A DNA stretch of 63,573 bases, filler included, from Folioceros fuciformis (lineage: Eukaryota): NCBI GenBank assembly GCA_049999805.1. It is 5 parts of 4 records of this genome, joined end to end, with 100 filler letters (N's around TTAATTAATTAA, not from the genome) between each part and the next. Parts side by side here need not be neighbours in the genome. Positions count along the whole stretch, not along the records: positions 44,516 to 52,605 come from JBNGIO010005603.1; positions 52,706 to 61,439 come from JBNGIO010005609.1; 3 more parts are not named here. One strand, written 5' to 3'. The translations under genes were made by a program, and so were the position numbers. A model generated the notes under the pieces. The model saw only the letters and a program-made list of their open reading frames with translations. It was not told where the DNA came from and did not search any database. The stretch's first letter is position 1. Each line of letters starts with the position of its first letter. Below are positions 50,655 through 61,539 of this stretch, piece after piece.

Positions 50655-51211
50655 TGAAAGTTGGGGGCTCGAAGACAATTAGATACTGTCCTAGTCTCAA
50701 CCATAAACGATGCCGATTAGGGATTGGCGGATGTTAATTTGATGTCGTTGCCAGCACCTTATGAGAAATCAAAGGTTTTGGGTTCCGGGGGGAGTATGGT
50801 TGCAAGGCTGAAACTTAAAGGAATTGACAGAAGGGCACCACCAAGAGTGGAGCCTGCGGCTTGAGTTGACTCAACACAGGGAAACTTACCAGGTCCAGAC
50901 ATAGCAAGGATTGACAGATTTAGAGCTCTTTCTTGATTCTATGGGTGGTGGTGCATGGGCGTTCTTAGTTGGTGGAGTGATTTGTTTGGTTAATTCCGTT
51001 AACAAACAAGACCTCAACTTGCTAACTAGTTACACGAAGAACCTTCTTCGTGGCCAGCTTCTTAGAGGGACTGTTGGCTTCTAGCCAATGGAAGTCTGAG
51101 GCAATAACAGGTCTCTGATGCCCTTAGATGTTCTAGGTTGCACGCGCGCTACACTGATGAATTCAACGAGTTCAACCACCTTGTCCGAAAGGAACGAGTA
51201 ATCTTTTGATT

Positions 51212-51243
<32 letters not shown>

Positions 51244-51322
51244 ATTGATCTTCAACGAGGAATTCCTAGTAAGCACGAGTCTTCAGCTCGCGTTGATTAC
51301 GTCCCTTCCCTTTGTACACACT

Positions 51323-51359
<37 letters not shown>

Positions 51360-51417
51360 CTTCGGATTGCGGCAACGACGGCGAGCAACCGCCGGCGACG
51401 TTGTGAGAAGTTCATTA

Positions 51418-51473
<56 letters not shown>

Positions 51474-51487
51474 AGGAAGGATCATTG
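50535..51487 (+). rRNA. 18S: 18S rRNA, 3' half, pseudogenised
   Basis: aaacttaaaggaattgac, gtcgtaacaaggtttccgtaggtgaacctg..ggatcattg; many CpG-decay changes at invariant sites (ttgacAgaagg, aacAaacAagacc, acacTgcccg). Confidence 0.97.
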
Positions 51488-51846
51488 ACACAAATCAAAC
51501 AAATGAAATCGCGAACTGTTTTCGTTAGAGGAGCGGCGTTCAGAGGCCCCGCCGGCACACCCAGTGCCCCTCCCCCATCGCTTGTGATGGGGGAAGCCAA
51601 TCGGCGCACGCTGGCCTCGGCGATGCGGTGTGTCGGGACAACCCCCCACTGTGGCGTGTGTCCCGTCCCTCGATGGGGCAGGACCGGGTTGGACCCCCTA
51701 CTCCCGGGAGCTGCAGCTGCCGGGGGTCCCCTTTTGCCCTCAAAGCACAAGAGACAAGTGTGCACGAGTCAGGAGGCCCATGTTGGAGCCTGAAGAAGTG
51801 CGTGCGTGCTGAAAAGCCGCACACAAGAAAGAGACTAAAGCAAGTT
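51488..51846 (+). other. ITS1
   Basis: Spacer between the 18S end and the 5.8S start. Confidence 0.9.
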
Positions 51847-52002
51847 TACTCTCAGCAACGGACATCTTGGCTCTTGCAACGATGAAGAACGCAGCGAAAT
51901 GCGATACGTAGTGTGAATTGCAGAATTCCACGAATCATCGAGTCTTTGAACGCAAGTTGCGCCCGAGGACTTGTTCCAAGGGCATTTCTGCCTTAGCGTC
52001 GT
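51847..52002 (+). rRNA. 5.8S: 5.8S rRNA
   Basis: actctcagcaacgg..gatgaagaacgcagcgaaatgcgatacgtagtgtgaattgcagaattcc..tctttgaacgcaagttgcgccc. Confidence 0.97.
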
Positions 52003-52285
52003 GTGCTCGCAAACGCCCGTCCCCTCACCTGTTGCTCTTGCTGAGGGGTGGGGGAAAAGATGCGGCGAAGTGAATGGCTGGCTGTTCGGGAGCGCCCCCA
52101 AAGCTCGAAGGAAAAAAAGGAGGGAGATGTCCCGGTCGGCTGAAATGCAGGGAGTCTGGGCAAGGCGTGGCAAGGCCCCGCGGCCAAGGTGATTTTGCCC
52201 GACTGGGCGGAAATTGTTTGCGCGCCCGACCTGAAGGTACTCGAATCAGGTGGGCACGGTGATCGCGCTGGTCTGGCATCCAATA
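52003..52285 (+). other. ITS2
   Basis: Spacer between 5.8S and 28S. Confidence 0.9.
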
Positions 52286-52329
52286 TGACCTCAGATCAGG
52301 CAAGGCTACCCGCTGAGTTTAAGCATATC

Positions 52330-52361
<32 letters not shown>

Positions 52362-52363
52362 TC
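52286..52363 (+). rRNA. 28S: 5' end of 26S/28S rRNA, interrupted by LTR N
   Basis: gacctcagatcagg..acccgctgagtttaagcatatcactaagcggaggaaaagaaactaac. Confidence 0.95.
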
Positions 52364-52605
52364 TGTGGAGGCAAAATGTGGAGGCAAAACCCCGGGCACT
52401 GATTGCCGACGGGTCCCACCTTTAGTGGCCACACTTATCCCACTGTCGTTGAGACATTGGGTTTCGTTCCCACGAAGGAGCGATGGGGTTCCTTGCTGCT
52501 GTGGATGGAGGGTCGGACTTGATCAACTCGATGATGGATTCGAGGGCTCCCCTCCAGCTCCGATCAGGCGTAGGACAGGCCTCGCTGTCCGGCGGTCAGC
52601 TGCAC
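52364..52605 (-). mobile_element. LTR family N copy 3 terminus, with a duplicated 13-bp end
   Basis: Reverse complement of the copy 2 end; TGTGGAGGCAAAA at 52364 and again at 52377. Confidence 0.88.
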
Positions 52606-53011
52606 NNNNNNNNNNNNNNNNNNNNNNNNNNNNNNNNNNNNNNNNNNNNTTAATTAATTAANNNNNNNNNNNNNNNNNNNNNNNNNNNNNNNNNNNNNNN
52701 NNNNNGCAACACATGCTCTCAAGGCTTTGAGGAGATATTCATCTCAACTCCACTATACTGAACTTTTTCTTAGCCCTTGGGCTAGGTCCCCTTTTATACA
52801 CAAGCTCAAGTCACTAACTTAGCAACTACTTACTTAAGCACTTACTTAAGCCTTAAGCTATTATTCACTACCACACACTTTTTCTAGGGCTGCATGCTTC
52901 TCATGCTCTTAGTAACCTGCTTTGCTAAACATGCCTCTGCATAGAGCTTACTTGCTTGGCACTCAAACCAACGTTGTTACTTCCTCCCCCACTAGGAAAG
53001 AATCAGTGCCC

Positions 53012-54668
53012 TCAGTGATAACCAGTGTAACGAGCAATCATCCAGGAGCCTCTCTGGATATCCTCTAATATTACCCAAAATGGTGTTGAGATCCCACGCA
53101 ACTTTACCATATACTGTGGTAGAGTTCCACGTCTGGTAGCCACGCTACCTTCTGCAAGAAATTCCTCAATCTCTCGCAGTCCTTGATCATGCTTCACCAG
53201 GATGTTGTACTTCTTTCTGTCCATATCCTCTTTCTCTTTGCTTAGCACAAATGGTTTCAACATAGATACATGAAACACATTGTGTGCAAAAATCCAATCA
53301 GGCAAGTCCAACTTGTAAGCCACTTCTCCAATGCGCTTCAAGACAACATATGGACCTCCATACTTTGGTCTCAACTTTAAAGACAATCCTTAGGGTAGTG
53401 TGAAATGCTTTAGTTTCACCCAAACTTTTTCCCCAACATTGAAGACAGTTTCTCTCCTGTGCTTATCAGCATATCTCTTTTGACGTGCTTGAGCCTTGGC
53501 TAATATCGTTTGGGCAACCTCATGCCTAGCCTTCAATTGCTCAATAAATTGGCGTGGATCTCCAGTGGTAGTGTCGAAAACTTCAACATTTAGCATGGAT
53601 ACCACATCCAAAGCTGAATTTCCACTCATCTCAAAGGGACTACATCCCAGGGAGCTATGTACTGTGTTATTGTAACAAAACTCCGCATCATCAAGATGAT
53701 CAGCCCAATCTCTCTCTGATCAATCTGCACATAGTGCCTCAAATATTCTTCTTGGATTGGGTTGACTCGTTCAGATAATCCTTTAGTATCTGGATGGTAT
53801 GCAGTACTCATGCATAGCTGCACATTCAAGCTCTTCATCAAGTGCTGCCAGAACTCTCCTGTGAATCTTGGATCTCTATCGCTCACAATCTGTACGGGCA
53901 AGCCATGATACTTGTACACATACTTTTTGAACAAGTTTTCTGCCTCAGAAGCGGTCACTCGCTTCTTGGTGGGGATGAAGTGTGCTTGTCTGGTGAATCT
54001 ATCCACCACTGTCATGATAGTTGTAAATCCATTACTTGGAGGCAAGGGCATAATGAAGTCCATAGAAATACTTTTCCATGGGCCTCTTGGGATAGGTAGG
54101 GGCTGTAATAAACCTCTCGGCTTAGCCTGCTCATCTTGTCCTGCTGACAAACAGCACATGCCTTGATATAATCCAATGTATCTTGATACATTCCTTGCCA
54201 ATAAAACAGTCTCCTCAACTTCTCATAAGTTGAATCACCTCCACGGTGACCAGCACTTGGCACATCATGACACTCAGCAAGCAATTTCCTCTTCAAGCCT
54301 ACAGAGTTAGGGATCACAACTCTCTTCTGTTTGTATATCAACAAACCATCTCTGAGTTTGAACTTGCTTCCTTTCTCTGCCACCCCATTCATCCAGTCCT
54401 GCACTTCAGGATCTTGCAGATAAGCTTCTTTTATCTCTTTGTGAGCATCCAAAGGTTCAAACACAGTTGCCATTGCTTTCACGTCTTGACTCTGCTTGCG
54501 GCTCAGCGCATCTGCAACCTTATTCTCTTTTCCAGGTTTATATCTAAGAGTCACGTCATACATAGCTAGGAAATCTTGCCATCTAGCTTGCCTCGCATTC
54601 AACTTCAACTGGTTTGAGAAGTACGTCGTGCTGATATTATCAGTATACAGCACAAAAGACCTACCCAA
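53012..54668 (-). pseudogene. pol: K RNase H, integrase and chromodomain-like tail (frameshifted)
   Basis: YKPGKENKVADALSR, HDVPSAGHRG, ISMDFI, IVSDRDPRFT, GPY motif, [15 protein letters not shown]. Confidence 0.92.
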
Positions 54669-54680
54669 GAGATAGTGTCT

Positions 54681-56416
54681 CTAAGCCTTCAGACAGTGGA
54701 TGATAGCAGTCATTTCCTTCTTGTAGGTGGGATACTTCCTCTCATAAGGATGCAACTTCCTTGACTCAAAAGCTAACGGCTTTTGGTCATGCATCAAAAC
54801 TCCACCTATAGCCATATCTGAGGCATCACAATACACTTCCACATCTCTGTTGGGGTCATACATTCCCAACACCGGAGTCGTGCTCAACTTCTTCTTCAAG
54901 CATTCAAAGGCTGCTTGACACTCAGCATCCCATTTCCAAGCTTTTGCTATCTTCAAGAGGTCAGTTATGGGGGCTGCTATCTTAGCAAACATATGTACAA
55001 ACTTCCTATACACAGAAGCCAAACCCATAAAACTTTGCACCTCATGAATATTTCGAGGGGGCTGCCAATCTTGAATGGCCTTAACTTTATCAGGATCCAT
55101 CCTGATGCCCTCGGCAGAGACAATGAAACCTAAGAATGAAATTTCTGTCTTGACAAAGTCACACTTCTTGATTGCCAAGAACAAAGAATTCTCTCTTAGT
55201 CTCTGTAACACTTTCCTCAAGTGTTCAACATGTTCCTCCAAGGTATGACTATAGATCAAAATGTCATCTAGATAGATTACAACACACTTGTCTACCAGAT
55301 CTATGAATATAGTATTCATAAGAGTCTGAAATGTAGCAAGTGCATTAGTAAGTCCAAATGGCATGACAAGGAACTCAAAAGATCCATACCTTGTTCTACA
55401 TGCTGTTTTGTACTCATGCCCCTCAGCAATCCTGATCTGATAGTACCCTGCCATCAGGTCTAGCTTGGTGAAATACTTGGCACCCTTCAACCTGTCAAAC
55501 ATGTCGTCCATTCTCGGCAAAGGATATGCATTCTTGATTGTGATCTGGTTCAAAGCTCTGTAATCCAGACACAATCTAAGTCCTCCATTCTTTTTGCGCG
55601 TGAATAACACAGGCGCACCAAAGGGAGACTTAGAAACTCTGACATATCCCTTTGCCAACAGGTTGGATAGTTGTCGCTTGAGTTCTTGCAACTCATCTTG
55701 TGACAATCTATATGGTGCTCTTGAAGGAGGTGTACTCCCTGGCCTCAACTCAATTTCATGATCCACAACTCTACGAGACAGCAATGGTGGCAACTCATCT
55801 GGCATCAAGTCCTTGAACTCATCTAGTACAGCTTGTACTTCTTTGGGACGTCCTTCTCCTCTGTGGAATCTTCTTCCAGACCATCCTCTAGTCCTTGGAG
55901 TACAACCAAGTATAACTCCTTCTTTTTCCTGAGGTCTTTCTTGAGCTCTCTTTTTGTAATCAGCTGTACTGATACGCTCTCAAGCCTCTGGCTACTGCTA
56001 GCACAACTCACTTTGTGCTTTCTGGATATCTCGATAGTACGTGACTTAACATCCATTTGCACTTCATTAGATCTCAACCACTCCAGACCTAGGATGATAT
56101 CATGGTCATACATCTCCACGACTGTAAAACTCACACTTCCTTGCCACGCATCAACTTGCAGCTTTACTCCATGCAATTCACCTAGAAATTGCAGAGTTCT
56201 TGTAGCTTGCTTGATTCTATATGGGGTGGAAGTTTCAGTCCAATCAAGGCCAAGCTCTCTTGCCTTATGTGGAGTCACAAAATTATGGGTGGTTGCAGAA
56301 TCTAACAATAGCTCAACATCCAAGCCATTGATCTTGCCACATATATACATCAAGTCTCCACCCTCCCTGGAAATAGTGTCATCCTTGACACTCGATGACT
56401 CACCACATGTCCTCAC
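54681..56416 (-). pseudogene. pol: K protease and reverse transcriptase
   Basis: [36 protein letters not shown]; stop at 55823. Confidence 0.95.
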
Positions 56417-56434
56417 AACATGTGGCCCCTGGCG

Positions 56435-57550
56435 TCACCTAGACTCTTTAGGGAGCTCTTGGATCCTGGCTCTAGGAACAGGTGGATTTGCGGCAACTAG
56501 ATTCAAGTTGGGAGCTCCTGCATGTGGACAATTTCTAGTAAAATGTCCCTGCTCTCCACAACTATAACATACACCGGAGGTAGGCGCTACACGTCGTCTT
56601 CCACGACTCCTGTTATCACCTCTACCCCGGCTTCTGGCAGTAGTCTCAGTAGTTGCACTGTTCCCAGTGGTGGTGGCTCGTCCTCTGCCTCTAGATCTAA
56701 CCTGAGATCTAGGATATCTCCCCCTGGAGATTGGAGCCTCCTGGACAAACATGTTCGGTATGGCATCTGCTGCTGCCATAGCCTCTTGCAACGTTTGAGG
56801 ATTAGTCAATGCAATCCTGTTTTGAGCCCATCTCTTAAGGCCAGTAGTAAACTTATGGAGTTTGTCCTGCTCATGCATCTCAGGACATTGCAAGACAATA
56901 GAGCTGAATTCACTCACATACTCCCGCAAAGTTCCAGTATGCTTGACATTGTCGAGCATCCTTCGCGCCAAACACGCAGCATTAGCTGGTTGGAAACGGA
57001 GTTGCTGCGCTTCCTTGAAGTCTGCCCATGTGAAGATTGTTGCTCTACGATTGCCTTGCCTTACGTTCTCTAAGTAAGTCCTCCACCAAATAAGAGCATA
57101 CTCGTCCAAGAAGTTCGTGACGTGCTTCAAGTACTCGTCTTGCGGCACTCCGCATGATTCCAAGTACGCTTCCAAAGAGAAAAACCAAGAACTGATTTTC
57201 TCTACGTCACGCTCGCCTTTGTAACTCTTAGGCGCAGGAACACTCAATCTCAACTTCTTGGCGTTCTTAGGAGCACAGATCTCAGGCTCGGGCTCCACTT
57301 CTTCTGGCTCATCTTCAACGAGCCTACGTTTGCCTTTGATCTCTTGATCTAGAGCATCAAGTCTCCTCATGATTTTTTGGAGCTGGTCCTCTATGGTGGT
57401 ACCGGTCCTTTGCTCCAAAGTTCCTTCCTCCGTCGTTCTCACGACTTGAGGATCTGCCTGTGGCTCTTCCACAACGGCTTCGGTAAGTGGGGCCTTATCC
57501 TTCCTGCGGCGCACCCTCTTTGCTCTCCCTAGCTCAGCAGGATCTACCAT
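56435..57550 (-). CDS. gag: K gag (371 aa)
   Basis: ALIWW, WADFK..RF, LREYVSEF, zinc knuckle CYSCGEQGHFTRNC. Confidence 0.92.
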   Translation of the reverse strand: MVDPAELGRAKRVRRRKDKAPLTEAVVEEPQADPQVVRTTEEGTLEQRTGTTIEDQLQKIMRRLDALDQEIKGKRRLVEDEPEEVEPEPEICAPKNAKKLRLSVPAPKSYKGERDVEKISSWFFSLEAYLESCGVPQDEYLKHVTNFLDEYALIWWRTYLENVRQGNRRATIFTWADFKEAQQLRFQPANAACLARRMLDNVKHTGTLREYVSEFSSIVLQCPEMHEQDKLHKFTTGLKRWAQNRIALTNPQTLQEAMAAADAIPNMFVQEAPISRGRYPRSQVRSRGRGRATTTGNSATTETTARSRGRGDNRSRGRRRVAPTSGVCYSCGEQGHFTRNCPHAGAPNLNLVAANPPVPRARIQELPKESR

Positions 57551-60500
57551 TGTTAACCAGCGTACTAGTCAAGGATGCTTCAACCTATGCTCTGATACCA
57601 ACAAGTAACACCCCCTTCAACGGGGTGGGGCAGAACCACGCAGTTAGAAGCCAAAGCAAGAATCAGTTTTAAACACCGGACACAGCACTAGGCCTCCAAG
57701 TAGCCCGCCCTCCTCTTCTAGGAGGACTCGCAGCCAGCACCCTTGCTGCTGCTCTTTATTCAAATCACGAGTCACCAAGAACATACAGAGCTGGAGGGCT
57801 AGAGAGAACTCCCCATCTTTGCCTAAGCTAGGAGTTTAGCTCTCCCCTTCTCTTGGCCTCCTCCCACAGCTCCTTCACAGCACCTTTCATGTGCTCTCAC
57901 AGCCCAAGCAACACATGCTCTCAAGGCATAGCCCAAGCAACACATGCTCTCAAGGCTTTGAGGAGATATTCATCTCAACTCCATTGTACTGAACTTTTTC
58001 TTAGCCCTTGGCTAGGTCCCCTTTTATACACAAGCTCAAGTCACTAACTTAGCGACTACTTACTTAAGCACTTGCTTAAGCCTTAAGCTATTATTCACTA
58101 CCACACACTTTTTCTAGGGCTGCATGCTTCTCATGCTCTTAGTAACCTGCTCTGCTAAACATGCCTCTACATGGAGCTTACTTGCTTGGTACTCAAACCA
58201 ACGTTGTTACTAGTATGTGGTTTTGTAATAATGTGAGTGTTTGTTGTAACGTTCAGATGTATGGAATATTCATTTGGACACGGCCCACACACTCAAGTTT
58301 TTTTTCTCTCATATGTATTTTATATGAGAATATACACTAGAATCTACCACATATTCCCATACTCATCATCGTCATGAGACCTATCGTCATCACTATAAGG
58401 GGCATGTGGGCCGATACCGACACATCCCTTTGTTCTTTTAAGGATCGTGCACCCTCATCATTAAAGATCACAGTGGCACACAATCACACTCATACGAAAC
58501 ATTACAAGGGTTATGGATCAATAGGGTTTTATGGATCGACCGATACACACCACCAGGGTGTGAATCATGTAGGGGTGGTAGCCTCTTGGGCCTTCCCTCC
58601 GGTCCACGGGTTACGCCAAGACATTTGGAACGTGAATTAGGTTCATTTATGCATGCTACCCTTCACCCCCTTTAGTCAAGTGCATGGCCATCTTGAAAAT
58701 GTGGATGCTGCCTTTCTTCGGAACCCGCCACATCTAGTTGCTATTGCGAAACTGGCAACACAAACAATCTAATCAAGTGCTTCGCAAAATCCACTCGATG
58801 CCTGTAACAAGCCCTTAGGGGTTTCTAGATGTGCAAGGATTTTGGGCCTCTACCATCCCCACTTAACAAAAATTTTCAAGCCTACATTCCCATCCTACTA
58901 CAGCTTTAGGTTGCTCCAACAGTTCTCTACAAATGATAGCTTAAGAATTGCGCATGGAACAAGCCACAACAGCAATTACCGCTGCCCTTACAAGGTTTAC
59001 AAGAACCTCAAGTTCATTACGCTGCAACACTAAGACAAGAAGGCAACCTACACCACCTTGCACAAAACATATACAAACTATCAGCGTTGTTGCTACAAGA
59101 TCAGTCTACCAACACAGATTCATGAAAAACACTAGAGGTTCACCATCTTTAGAGCACCAAGGGTAGTGCCTCAAACCTGCTTACACCTCCACACCCTACA
59201 TGCCACATGCATCCCTAAACCTCGCGATCCCTAGCACGAGAGGCAGCCTCTACATCTGCTACACAGTCACGTATATTTACCCTTAGCTTGCGCAGATTAC
59301 CTTTCAGCAACTCTACCAAGCCTAGGCTGTCGTGCAGAGCATGCACCTCATCCACTAGGTCCGCGACATTGCCTCTATTGCTGCCTCCTTCTGTTGCGCG
59401 TTGGCCTTGTCTGCCGCGGGCGGCACCTTGTCGTGCACGCACATGCACCTAAACCCTCATCCTCCTCCTCTCTAGACAAGCACACCTTAGAGTAGGAGAG
59501 CTCGCGCCACCGCTTTCGCACCCTCCTCATTGGCGGGATGTTGGACCTTGAACTTCGATCTACTTCACCACCCCACGATGCATCATGCCTTGCACCATTG
59601 CTTGGGGTCCCCCAAGGACCTCCTCCGCCACCTGCAGTGTGTCTAGCAATACTCACCTCCACCACATCCAGCTCCATCTACAAAACGTGCTACTCCTCCC
59701 CCCCACAGCTAGGTCTACCGAGCTTCCTGCTCAAGTGCTGCTTTCGAATAACATCGACGTACCTCTGCCACTGGAATTGCCCATTTTCACTATATGCTGC
59801 CTTCTAGAGCCTCTCTCAGACGGTCTAGTTCCATGTGCGTGCTGCGGTCCTAGCCATCACTTATGGGGTTGGCTCTCCTCCAACCATCGCCTCAACATCT
59901 GGGTCTGCTGTTGTAGGGTTTGTTCCCTTCTCGACCATGCTAGGAATTTGATCCCTTCTCCCCACCAGGGTGCCTCCTCTTGTTGGGACGGAAGGTGTTC
60001 TAGGAAACACATGAAATGTTTGGGTATAATGGACACACAGTCCAAACCTTTAACCTAATACTCACCCTAGCAGCCTTAGGGTCGATTTAAGATAACCTTA
60101 AAATCTTAGCCCAAAAATTATTGTCTTACTATTTTTCAAGTAAAAATAATATTTAAGCAGTATTTATGTAATTAAAACATTAAATTCCCTTAGCACCAGA
60201 GGCACCTACGAAAAACATGTTTGATATGTCCTGGGAATTCCTCACATGAGAGACTTGCTATCTTTTCCTCTTTAGGTTGGAGCATGTCCTATGTAGGATC
60301 CTTAGGCACTTCTGTTTCAGCTTCATCCTCCGAGGATGAGGTCATATCAATGATGGATGTAGGAAGTTTCTTTTTGAAAGGCTCCAAGAAAGACGAGGTC
60401 TCTGGAGGCAGAGACTCTTCATCAGTAGCAGGAATATGACTATGGGCATCGGCAGGTGCGGGCGCCCTCCTATCCTTCTTACATGAGCGCTTAGCAAAGC

Positions 60501-60940
60501 ACCCGTGGGTGTTCCTTGCCTACAAGGACGCCCAGACAGATTGAGCGCTAGGAGGGTGTGCACGGCCTACGGCGCCGTAGCCGCGTGGTGGAGAGGGGCC
60601 ACGGGGCTCTGGATAGGGGTGCGATGGTGCCCCCACGTGGGCGCCTCCTCCCGTGGGCGGGATTGAGCGCGCCTTGCTCCGGGTGGACATTCTCCCTGCC
60701 ATCCTGCACATGTACCCACCAACAAAGTGTCAGAATCGCTAGTCGCGAAGTGGAGGAAGGAGGGGTATTACCTATTATCCATTTGATTTTCTTTTTTGGA
60801 AATTAGGCTATTTTCTGGAATTTCCCCTATATATAAATTCCCTTAAATATAATTTAATTAGTTTTAATCCAACCTAATTACTAAAGTTGGGATATTAGCT
60901 TCTAAAAAAAAATTCACCCCTAGTTCATAGTGAGTGGAAG

Positions 60941-61160
60941 TGATAAAATAACTTACTATTAGGGCACTCTTCACTAGGGCACCTAGGACTTAATAATTAA
61001 TTTAGTCCTTAGGGCTCTAGGTAGTTTCTTTTAGTAGTTATTTAATTGATTAGTTGTTACAACCACTTCACGATTACAACCTTGCCTACATGAAGGCATG
61101 TACTTTCTATTATGGATCAATGCAACACATATTGCTTGAGCTTGTGTATGATTCTCATCA
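60941..61160 (+). repeat. LTR related to the LTR of copia C (probable 3' LTR)
   Basis: Preceded by PPT-like gagtggaag; TGATAAAA..CTCATCA; shares tagggcact..tagggc, ttacaaccactt and aaggc.tgtacttt with the reverse complement of 12355-12639. Confidence 0.65.
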
Positions 61161-61539
61161 ATGCATTGCATTGCAGGTGCATTGCATTCACCCAATGCGT
61201 GTTGCACCCGATGCAGCGACCAATACTGCAGTGTCCGACCTTCCTATGCCCTACACATGCTCATGGCAACTAGCACTCCAAGTTGCCACGTTTGTCGATC
61301 GTGACACCCCACACACACTATGCTCAACCACGGTGGCTTCCTTCCTATCGTCCATCAGGCAGTACGAGAGGTTTTTCAAACAATGGTGGGCCTCAATTGC
61401 AGGGCCGACGCATGCACCGTCCACATCTCTTTGGTTTTTNNNNNNNNNNNNNNNNNNNNNNNNNNNNNNNNNNNNNNNNNNNNTTAATTAATTAANNNNN
61501 NNNNNNNNNNNNNNNNNNNNNNNNNNNNNNNNNNNNNNN

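Larger units (their letters stand above)
52706..58211 (-). mobile_element. Ty3/gypsy chromovirus K
   Basis: 5' LTR 57604-58211, PBS(Met) 57589-57600, partial 3' LTR 52706-52981, PPT 52982-52990; domain order gag-PR-RT-RH-IN-chromo. Confidence 0.95.

Noticed and set aside
50535-52303. ORFs inside rDNA and ITS
   Set aside because: Chance frames within rRNA and GC-rich spacers.
55833-57073. Long antisense ORFs over gag/pol (e.g. 55833-56567, 14627-15094)
   Set aside because: Shadow frames of real coding sequence with no independent homology.
28483-61495. Palindromic TTAATTAATTAA at four sites
   Set aside because: Always embedded in N runs; an artificial contig linker. Nothing was inferred across these joins.
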